Positions 18,801 to 30,800 of a stretch of 64,000 nt of DNA are shown here, piece by piece. The stretch is taken from positions 288,001-352,000 of the forward strand of contig OY729416.1 of the NCBI GenBank assembly GCA_963422265.1, given 5' to 3'. How positions within the stretch are numbered: the first letter of the stretch is position 1; each line of letters starts with the position of its first letter. The position numbers and the translations under genes are program-made. Under the pieces are notes generated by a model. That model saw only the letters and a program-made list of their open reading frames with translations. It did no database searches and was not told the DNA's origin. The stretch is from Thermodesulfobacteriota bacterium (lineage in GTDB: Bacteria; Desulfobacterota_D; UBA1144; Nemesobacterales; UBA2774).

Positions 18801-21800
18801 GCAGTGTCACCGTCACCGAAGCCAGTGGCAACAGTAATACCAACACCTACACTGTAGTACTGGACGCCCAACCCTCGGGCACCGTCACCGTCACCCTCAC
18901 CAGCGGCGATACCAGCGTGGCCAGAGTCTCCCCGGCCTCCCTGACCTTTACCACCAGCGACTGGAATACCGCACAGCAAGTCACCGTCACTGGGGTGGAC
19001 GACAGCACCGATGAGGACCGCAGCACCACCATCACCCATACAATCAGTGGTGGGGGATACGGCTCAGTGAGCATAGCCGACGTCGCCGTCACCCTGACCG
19101 ATGACGATACCGCCCGCGTCACGCCGCCGAGCAAGCCCACCGGACTCGAGGCAGTGGGGGGCGACAGTCAGGTGACGTTGACCTGGAATAATCCGAATAA
19201 CGCCGCCATCACCGGGTATCAGATCAGGCAGCGGAGTTATGTCAACGGGGCATGGACTAAATTTCCTAAATTTTCTAACATAATACCGGGCAGTGATGCC
19301 AGCACCACTAGCCACGTGGTGAGTGGTCTGACCAACGGCGTGAGGTATAGTTTCCAAATCCGTGAGATGGTGGGCAAAAAGGGAGGGAAACCGTCTGAGG
19401 CCAAAGCGACACCGGCGGCCCCGCCACCGCCGAAACCGAGCAAGCCCACCGGCCTCAGGACAGTAGCAGGGAACAATCAGGCGACGTTGATCTGGAATAA
19501 TCCGAATAACGCCGCCATCACCAAGTATCAGTATAAGCAGTGGAATTCATCGTCTACCGAGAGCGGCGCGAAGTGGGCTGACATACCGGGCAGTGATGCG
19601 AACACCACCAGCTACGTGGTGAGTGGTCTGACCAACACCTCTGTTATCTATAGATTCCGCATCCGTGCGGTGGCAGGCCCCTCTGTCGGGCTTCAGTCCA
19701 GCTCTGCCGGTGCGATCATTGCGGTACCGCCTGCTGCGCCTGTCGTGACGGCGACGCCGGGCGACGCTCAGGTGAGGTTAAGTTGGTCGGGGAGCATAGG
19801 CTATTATATCACCAGGTATCAGATCAAGCAGTGGACGGGCAGTAGCGAGCCGGCCAATGGCTGGAAGGACATTCCCGGGAGTCGATCGAGCACCACCAGC
19901 CACGTGGTTAGGGGTCTGACCAGCGGCGTGAGTTACAGTTTCCGCATCCGTGCGGTGGCAACATGTAGTTTTAATTCTGGGAGATTCATAGCTTCTGATT
20001 GCAGCGTTGCGGGGACGCCGTCCACTCCCGTCAGTCCGACGCTTGTGCCGGGCAAGCCTGTCGTGGCGCCAATGCCGGGCGACGCTCAGGTGACGTTGAG
20101 TTGGAGTAATCCGAATGATGTTGCCATCACCAAGTATCAGATCAAGCAGTGGACTGGCAGTAGCGAGAGTGGGAGCTGGACTGACATATCGGGGAGTGGA
20201 TCGAGCACCACCAGCCATGTGGTGAGTGGCCTGACCAGCGGCGTGAGGTATAGTTTCCGTATTCGTGCGGTGGCAGGTACCAATGTTGCAGGGACGCCGT
20301 CCGATCCCGTCAGGGCAGTACTCCTGGACAAGCCTGTCGTCAGTGCCAGTGCGGGCGACACTCTGGTGACGTTGAGTTGGAGTGATCCGAATGACGATTC
20401 CATCACCAGGTATCAGATCAAGCAGTGGACTGGCAGTAGCGAGAGAGGGCGTTGGACTGACATATCGGGGAGTGGATCGAGCACCACCAGCCTCGTGGTG
20501 GGGCGCCTGACCAACGGCGTGAGGTATAGTTTCCGTATCCGTGCAATGGTGGGTCTTTTCCCGGGGGTGGAGTCAGCTTCCGTCAGTTCGACGCCTGTGC
20601 CGGGCAAGCCTGCCGTGACGGCGACGCCGGGCACCGCTCAGGTGACGTTAAGCTGGAGTAATCCGAATGATGCTTCCATCGCCAGGTATCAGATCAAGCA
20701 GTGGACTGGCAGTAGCGAGAGTGGGAGTTGGACTGACATATCGGGGAGTGGGGAGGACACCACCAGCCACGTGGTGAGGGGTCTGACCAACGGCGTTGAG
20801 TATAGTTTCCGTATCCGTGCGGTGACAGGTACCAACGCTTCAGGGACGCCGTCCGATCCCGTCAGTGAGACGCCAGCGGTACAGCCGGACAAGCCTGCTG
20901 TTACAGCGGCGCCGGCGGGCGACAGTCTGGTGAGGTTGAGTTGGAGTAATCCGAATGACGCTTCCATCACCGGGTATCAGATCAAGCGGTGGACTGGCAG
21001 TAGCGAGAGTGGGAGTTGGACTGACATATCGGGGAGTGGGAAGGACACGATCACATACACGGTACCGGGTCTGACCAACGGCGTTGAGTATAGTTTCCGT
21101 ATCCGTGCGATGGCAGGTCGTGTTCCAGGGATGGAGTCGGATGTCGCCAGCGCGACGCCTGTGGCAGACAAGCCTATCGTTACGGCGACGCCGGGCAACG
21201 CTCTGGTGACGTTAAGCTGGAGTAATCCGAATGACGCTTCTATCACCGGGTATCAGATCAAGCAGTGGACTGGCAGTAGCGAGAGTGGGAGTTGGACTGA
21301 CATATCGGGGAGTGGGGAGGACACCATCAGCCACGTGGTGAGTGGTCTGACCAACGGCGCCAGGTATGGTTTCCGTATCCGTGCGATGGTAGGCGCTGTT
21401 ACAAGGACGCCGTCCGATCCCGTCAGTGCGACGCCTGTGTCGCCGCCTGTCGGACTCACGGCGACGCCGGGAGACTCTCAGGTGACGTTGACCTGGAATA
21501 ATCCGAACAATCCCACCATCACCGGGTATCAGCTCAAAAAGTATCGTTTCACGATTGAGACCGGTTTTAACGAGGGTTCTTGGACTGACATACCAGGGAG
21601 TGGAAAGGACACCACCAGCTACGTGGTAACGAGTCTGACCAACGGCGCCAGGTATGGTTTCGAGATTCGTGCGGTGGTAGGCAGTGTTACAGGAGAGGAG
21701 TCCGAGTTCGTGCCCGTCACCCTGAGCAGCATCTTCACCATTACCGGGACGGTGACCCAGGGAGAGACACTGACCGCGGATACCAGCACGATCTCCGACC

Positions 21801-24800
21801 CCGACGGCCCGAAGAGTCTGACGTTCACCTACCAATGGAAGCGCGGCGGGACTGCCATAGGCGGTGCCACCGGCCGCACCTACGTTCTGACGCAGGCCGA
21901 CGTCGGGAAGGCTATCACCGTCATCGTGAGCTGGACCAATGCTCGTGGGACATTAAAGTCTCTCACCTCGACTGCGACTGCGAACGTGGCGAACGTGAAT
22001 GAATCACCAACCGGGGCCGTTACCATCACCGGCACCGCCACCAGGGGACAGACGTTGACTGCGGATACCAGCACGATCGTCGACCCGGACGGCCCTGCCC
22101 GTCTGACGTTCACCTATCAATGGAATCGCGGCGGGACTGCCATAGGCGGTGCCACCGGCCGCACCTACGTTCTGACGCCGGCCGACGTCGGGAAGGCCAT
22201 CAGCGTCACCGTGAGCTGGACCGATGCTGGCAGCACCGCGGAGTCATTCATCTCTGCTGCTACCACGAGTGTAACAAACACCAACCAATCACCGACCGGG
22301 GCCGTCGCCATCACCGGCACCGCCACCCAGAAGCAGACACTGACCGCGGTTACCAGCACGATCGTCGACCCGGACGGCCCCAGCAGTCTAACGTTCAGCT
22401 ACCAGTGGAACCGCGATGGGTCTGCCATCAGCAGTGCCACCGGCAGCACCTACGTGCTGACGCAAGCCGACGTCGGGGCCAAGATCACCGTCACCGTGAG
22501 CTGGACCGATGCTGGCAGCACCGCGGAGTCGTTCAACTCTGCTGCGACGGCGAAGGTGGCGAACGTGAATGACCTGCCGACCGGGGCCGTCACCATCACC
22601 GGCACCGTCACCCAGAAGCAGACGTTGACCGCGGTGACCAGCACGATCTCCGACCCGGACGGCCCGAGTAATTTGGTTTTTAGCTATCAATGGAAGCGAG
22701 ATGGGAATAACATCAGCAGCGCCACCGGCCGCACCTACGTTCTGACGCAGGCTGACGTCGGGAAGGCCATCATCGTCACCGTGAGCTGGACCGATGCTTA
22801 TGGGGCATCAGAGTCTCTCACCTCTGCTGCGACAGCGAAGGTGGTGAACGTGAACGACCGGCCGACCGGGGCCGTCACCATCACCGGCACCCCCATCCAG
22901 GGACAGATACTGACCGCGGACACCTCCGGCATTTCCGACCCGGACGTCCCTGACACTGACAGTCTGACCTTTACCTACCAGTGGACGCGTGGCCCGGATA
23001 CTGTCAGCCGCACCAGCACTTACACCCTGACGCAGGCTGACGTCGGGGAGATCATCACCGTAGTCGTGGCTTATCAAGATGGTGGGCGTAGGCAGCTTTT
23101 CCTTGCTAGAACTCCAAAGGTAGCGAACCTAAACGACGCACCGACCGGGGCCGTTACCATCACCGGCACCCCCACCCAGGGAGAGACACTGACCGCGGTG
23201 ACCAGCACGATCTCCGACCCGGATGGCCCGAGTGATTTGGTGTTCAGCTACCAGTGGAAGCGCGATAGGATTGCCATCAGCAGCGCCACCGGCAGCACCT
23301 ACACCCTGACGCAAGCCGACGTCGGGAAGGCCATCAGCGTCATTGTGAGCTGGACCGATGCTGGCAGCACCGCGGAGACCCTCACCTCTGTTGCTACCGC
23401 GAGTGTAACCAACATAAACGACTCACCGACCGGCAGCGTCACCATCACCGGCACCGTGACCCAGGGCCAGACACTGACCGCAGACACCTCCGGCATCTCC
23501 GACCCCGACGGCCCCGCCAGTCTGACCTTCAGCTACCAATGGAAACGCGATGGGTCTGACATCAGCAGTGCCACCAGTAGAACCTACATTCTGACGCAAG
23601 CCGACGTCGGGAAGGCCATCAGCGTCACCGTCAGCTGGACCGATGCCGGCAGCATCGTGGAGACCCTCACCTCTGCTGCGACAGCGAACGTAGCGAACCT
23701 AAACGACTCGCCGACCGGTAGCGTCACCATCAGCGGCACGGTGACCCAGGGCCAGACCCTGACCGCAGTGACCAGCACGATCGTCGACCCGGACGGCCCG
23801 GCCAGTCTGACCTTCAGCTACCAATGGAAACGCGATAGCACTGACATCAGCAGTGCCACCAGTAGAACCTACATTCTGACGCAAGCCGACGTCGGGAAGG
23901 CCATCACCGTCATCGTGAGTTGGACCGATGCCGGCAGCATCGTGGAGACCCTTACCTCGACTGCGACAGCGAAGGTGGCGAACATGAATGACCCGCCGAC
24001 CGGGGCTGTCACCATCAGCGGCACCGTGACCCAGGGCCAGACCCTGACCGCGGTGACCAGCACGATCGTCGACCCCGACGGCCCCAGCAGTCTAACCTTC
24101 ACCTACCAATGGAACCGTGGCGGGAATCCCATCAGCAGCGCCACCGGCAGCACCTACACCCTGACACAAGCCGACGTCGGTAAGGCCATCAGCGTCATTG
24201 TGAGCTGGACCGATGCTGGCAGCACCGCGGAGACCCTCACCTCGGCGGCGACAGCGAACGTAACCAACGCGAACGATCCGCCGACCGGGGCTGTCACCAT
24301 CAGCGGCACCGTGACCCAGGGCCAGACACTGACCGCAGACACCTCCGGCATCTCCGACCCCGACGGCCCCAGCAATCTGACGTTCACCTACCAATGGAAG
24401 CGCGATGGGTCTGACATCAGCAGTGCCACCAGTAGAACCTACATTCTGACGCAAGCCGACGTCGGGAAGGCTATCACCGTCATCGTGAGTTGGACCGATG
24501 CCGGCAGCATCGTGGAGACCCTCACCTCTGCTGCGACAGCGAACGTAGCGAACCTAAACGACTCGCCGACCGGTAGCGTCACCATCAGCGGCACGGTGAC
24601 CCAGGGCCAGACCCTGACCGCAGTGACCAGCACGATCGTCGACCCGGACGGCCCGGCCAGTCTGACCTTCAGCTACCAATGGAAACGCGATAGCACTGAC
24701 ATCAGCAGTGCCACCAGTAGAACCTACATTCTGACGCAAGCCGACGTCGGGAAGGCTATCACCGTCATCGTGAGTTGGACCGATGCCGGCAGCATCGTGG

Positions 24801-27800
24801 AGACCCTTACCTCGACTGCGACAGCGAAGGTGGCGAACATGAATGACCCGCCGACCGGGGCTGTCACCATCAGCGGCACCGTGACCCAGGGCCAGACCCT
24901 GACCGCGGTGACCAGCACGATCGTCGACCCCGACGGCCCCAGCAGTCTAACCTTCACCTACCAATGGAACCGTGGCGGGAATCCCATCAGCAGCGCCACC
25001 GGCAGCACCTACACCCTGACACAAGCCGACGTCGGTAAGGCCATCAGCGTCACCGTGAGTTGGACCGATGCCGGCAGCATCGTGGAGACCCTCACCTCGG
25101 CGGCGACAGCGAACGTAACCAACGCGAACGATCCGCCGACCGGGGCGGTCACCATCACCGGCACCGTGACCCAGGGCCAGACACTGACCGCGGATACCAG
25201 CACGATAGTTGACCCGGACGGCCCGGCCAGTCTGACCTTCAGCTACCAATGGAAACGCGATAGCACTGACATCAGCAGTGCCACCAGTAGAACCTACATT
25301 CTGACGCAAGCCGACGTCGGGAAGGCTATCACCGTCATCGTGAGTTGGACCGATGCCGGCAGCATCGTGGAGACCCTCACCTCTGCTGCGACAGCGAACG
25401 TAGCGAACCTAAACGACTCGCCGACCGGTAGCGTCACCATCAGCGGCACGGTGACCCAGGGCCAGACCCTGACCGCAGTGACCAGCACGATCGTCGACCC
25501 GGACGGCCCGGCCAGTCTGACCTTCAGCTACCAATGGAAACGCGATAGCACTGACATCAGCAGTGCCACCAGTAGAACCTACATTCTGACGCAAGCCGAC
25601 GTCGGGAAGGCTATCACCGTCATCGTGAGTTGGACCGATGCCGGCAGCATCGTGGAGACCCTTACCTCGACTGCGACAGCGAAGGTGGCGAACATGAATG
25701 ACCCGCCGACCGGGGCTGTCACCATCAGCGGCACCGTGACCCAGGGCCAGACCCTGACCGCGGTGACCAGCACGATCGTCGACCCCGACGGCCCCAGCAG
25801 TCTAACCTTCACCTACCAATGGAACCGTGGCGGGAATCCCATCAGCAGCGCCACCGGCAGCACCTACACCCTGACACAAGCCGACGTCGGTAAGGCCATC
25901 AGCGTCACCGTGAGTTGGACCGATGCCGGCAGCATCGTGGAGACCCTCACCTCGGCGGCGACAGCGAACGTAACCAACGCGAACGATCCGCCGACCGGGG
26001 CGGTCACCATCACCGGCACCGTGACCCAGGGCCAGACACTGACCGCGGATACCAGCACGATAGTTGACCCGGACGGCCCGGCCAGTCTGACCTTCAGCTA
26101 CCAATGGAAACGCGATAGCACTGACATCAGCAGTGCCACCAGTAGAACCTACATTCTGACGCAAGCCGACGTCGGGAAGGCTATCACCGTCATCGTGAGT
26201 TGGACCGATGCCGGCAGCATCGTGGAGACCCTTACCTCGACTGCGACAGCGAAGGTGGCGAACATGAATGACCCGCCGACCGGGGCTGTCACCATCAGCG
26301 GCACCGTGACCCAGGGCCAGACCCTGACCGCAGACACCTCCGGCATCTCCGACCCCGACGGCCCCAGCAATCTGACGTTCACCTACCAATGGAACCGTGG
26401 CGGGAATCCCATCAGCAGCGCCACCGGCAGCACCTACACCCTGACACAAGCCGACGTCGGTAAGGCCATCAGCGTCACCGTGAGTTGGACCGATGCCGGC
26501 AGCATCGTGGAGACCCTCACCTCGGCGGCGACAGCGAACGTAACCAACGCGAACGATCCGCCGACCGGGGCGGTCACCATCACCGGCACCGTGACCCAGG
26601 GCCAGACACTGACCGCGGATACCAGCACGATAGTTGACCCGGACGGCCCGGCCAGTCTGACCTTCAGCTACCAATGGAAACGCGATAGCACTGACATCAG
26701 CAGTGCCACCAGTAGAACCTACATTCTGACGCAAGCCGACGTCGGGGCGGCCATCAGCGTCGCCGTCAGCTGGACCGATGCCGGCAGCATCGTGGAGACC
26801 CTCACCTCTGATGCGACAGCGAACGTAGCGAACCTAAACGACTCGCCGACCGGTAGCGTCACCATCAGCGGCACGGTGACCCAGGGCCAGACCCTGACCG
26901 CAGTGACCAGCACGATCGTCGACCCGGACGGCCCGGCCAGTCTGACCTTCAGCTACCAATGGAAACGCGATAGCACTGACATCAGCAGTGCCACCAGTAG
27001 AACCTACATTCTGACGCAAGCCGACGTCGGGGCGGCCATCAGCGTCGCCGTCAGCTGGACCGATGCCGGCAGCATCGTGGAGACCCTTACCTCGACTGCG
27101 ACAGCGAAGGTGGCGAACATGAATGACCCGCCGACCGGGGCTGTCACCATCAGCGGCACCGTGACCCAGGGCCAGACCCTGACCGCGGTGACCAGCACGA
27201 TCGTCGACCCCGACGGCCCCAGCAGTCTAACCTTCACCTACCAATGGAACCGTGGCGGGAATCCCATCAGCAGCGCCACCGGCAGCACCTACACCCTGAC
27301 ACAAGCCGACGTCGGTAAGGCCATCAGCGTCACCGTGAGTTGGACCGATGCCGGCAGCATCGTGGAGACCCTCACCTCGGCGGCGACAGCGAACGTAACC
27401 AACGCGAACGATCCGCCGACCGGGGCGGTCACCATCACCGGCACCGTGACCCAGGGCCAGACACTGACCGCAGACACCTCCGGCATCTCCGACCCCGACG
27501 GCCCCAGCAATCTGACGTTCACCTACCAATGGAAGCGCGATGGGTCTGACATCAGCAGTGCCACCAGTAGAACCTACGTTCTGACGCAGGCCGACGTCGG
27601 GAAGGCCATCAGCGTCATTGTGAGCTGGACCGATGCTGGCAGCACCGCGGAGACCCTCACCTCTGCTGCGACAGCGAACGTAACCAACGCGAACGATCCG
27701 CCGACCGGGGCTGTCACCATCACCGGCACCGTGACCCAGGGCCAGACACTGACCGCGGATACCAGCACGATAGTTGACCCCGACGGCCCCGCCAATCTGA

Positions 27801-30800
27801 CGTTCACCTACCAATGGAAGCGCGATGGGTCTGACATCAGCAGTGCCACCAGTAGAACCTACGTTCTGACGCAGGCCGACGTCGGGAAGGCCATCAGCGT
27901 CATTGTGAGCTGGACCGATGCTGGCAGCACCGTGGAGACCCTCACCTCTGCTGCGACAGCGAACGTAACCAACGCGAACGATCCGCCGACCGGCAGCGTC
28001 ACCATCAGCGGCACCGTGACCCAGGGCCAGACCCTGACCGCGGATACCAGCACGATAGTTGACCCCGACGGCCCCGCCAGTCTGACGTTCACCTACCAAT
28101 GGAAGCGCGATGGGTCTGACATCAGCAGTGCCACCAGTAGAACCTACATTCTGACGCAAGCCGACGTCGGGAAGGCTATCACCGTCATCGTGAGCTGGAC
28201 CGATGCCGGCAGCATCGTGGAGACCCTTACCTCGGCGGCGACAGCGAAGGTGGTGAACGTGAACGACCCGCCGACCGGCAGCGTCACCATCACCGGCACC
28301 GTGACCCAGGGCCAGACACTGACCGCGGATACCAGCACGATAGTTGACCCCGACGGCCCCGCCAGTCTGACGTTCACCTACCAATGGAAGCGCGATGGGT
28401 CTGACATCAGCAGTGCCACCAGTAGAACCTACGTTCTGACGCAGGCCGACGTCGGGAAGGCCATCAGCGTCATTGTGAGCTGGACCGATGCTGGCAGCAC
28501 CGTGGAGACCCTCACCTCTGCTGCGACAGCGAACGTAACCAACGCGAACGATCCGCCGACCGGCAGCGTCACCATCAGCGGCACCGTGACCCAGGGCCAG
28601 ACCCTGACCGCGGATACCAGCACGATAGTTGACCCCGACGGCCCCGCCAATCTGACGTTCACCTACCAATGGAAGCGCGATGGGTCTGACATCAGCAGTG
28701 CCACCAGTAGAACCTACGTTCTGACGCAGGCCGACGTCGGGAAGGCCATCAGCGTCATTGTGAGCTGGACCGATGCTGGCAGCACCGTGGAGACCCTCAC
28801 CTCTGCTGCGACAGCGAACGTAACCAACGCGAACGATCCGCCGACCGGCAGCGTCACCATCAGCGGCACCGTGACCCAGGGCCAGACCCTGACCGCGGAT
28901 ACCAGCACGATAGTTGACCCCGACGGCCCCGCCAGTCTGACGACCTACCAATGGAAGCGCGATGGGTCTGACATCAGCTGCCACCAGTAGAACCTACATT
29001 CTGACGCAAGCCGACGTCGGGAAGGCTATCACCGTCATCGTGAGCCGCATCGTGGAGACCCTTACCTCGGCGGCGACCGAAGGTGGTGAACGGAACGACC
29101 CGCGACCGGCAGCGTCACCATCACCGGGTGACCCAGGGCCAGACACTGACGGATACCAGCACGATAGTTGACCCCGACGGCCCCGCCAGTCTGACGTTCA
29201 CCTACCAATGGAAGCGCGATGGGTCTGACATCAGCAGTGCCACCAGTAGAACCTACGTTCTGACGCAGGCCGACGTCGGGAAGGCCATCAGCGTCATTGT
29301 GAGCTGGACCGATGCTGGCAGCACCGCGGAGACCCTCACCTCTGCTGCGACAGCGAACGTAACCAACGCGAACGATCCGCCGACCGGGGCTGTCACCATC
29401 ACCGGCACCGTGACCCAGCAATCTGACGTTCAGCTACCAATGGAAGCGCGATGGGTCTGACATCAGCAGTGCCACCAGTAGAACCTACGTTCTGACGCAG
29501 GCCGACGTCGGGAAGGCCATCAGCGTCATTGTGAGCTGGACCGATGACCGCGGAGACCCTCACCTCTGATGCGACAGCGAACGTAACCAACGCGATCCGC
29601 CGACCGGGGCGGTCACCATCACCGGCACCGTGACCCAGGGCCAGACACTGACACCTCCGGCATCTCCGACCCCGACGGCCCCAGCAATCTGACGTTCAGC
29701 TACCAATGGAAGCGCGATGGGTCTGACATCAGCAGTGCCACCAGTAGAACCTACGTTCTGACGCAGGCCGACGTCGGGAAGGCCATCACCGTCACCGTCA
29801 GCTGGACCGACAGCGGCGGTACCGCGGAGACCCTCACCTCTGCGGCTACTTCGGTCGCCGGCGTCACGTTATCCACGAGAGCGGTCACCGTCACCGAAGC
29901 CAGTGGCAGCAGTAATACCAACACCTACACCGTAGTGCTCGACACCCAACCCTCGGGCAACGTCACCGTCACGCCCACCAGCGGCGATAGCGACGTGGCG
30001 ACCGTATCCCCGGTCTCCCTGACGTTTACCACGAGCAACTGGAGTACGGCACAGATCGTCACCGTCACCGGTGTGGACGACAGCAGCGATGGTGATAGAA
30101 GTACCACCATCACCCATGCAGCCTCTGGTGGTGGCTACGACTCAGTGGTCATTGCCAGCGTCAGTGTAACGCTGACCGATGACGACACCGCCGGTGTCAC
30201 CGTGTCCGAGAGCGGTGTCACGGTAACCGAAGCCAGTGGCAGCAGTAATACCAACACCTACACCGTAGTACTCAACACCCGGCCGAGTGGCAACGTCACC
30301 GTCACGCCGACCAGCGGCGATACCAATGTGGCGACCGTATCTGGGGCCCTGACCTTTACCACCAGCAACTGGAGTACGGCACAGTCCATCACCGTCACCG
30401 GTGTGGACGACAGCAGCGATGGTGATAGAAGCACCACCATCACCCATGCAGCCTCTGGCGGCGGCTACAACGCAGTGGTCATCTCCGACGTAGCGGTAAC
30501 GCTGACCGATGACGACACCGCCGGTGTCACCGTGTCCGAGAGCAGCGTCACGGTAACCGAAGCCAGTGGCAGCAGTAATACCAACACCTACACCGTAAAA
30601 CTTAACACCCGGCCGAGTGGCACCGTCACCGTCACGCCCACCAGCGGCGATAGCGACGTGGCGACCGTATCCCCGGTCTCCCTGACGTTTACCACGAGCA
30701 ACTGGGGTACGGCACAGTCCATCACCGTCACCGGTGTGGACGACAGCAGCGATGGGGATAGAAGCACCACCATCACCCATGCAGCCTCTGGCGGCGGCTA

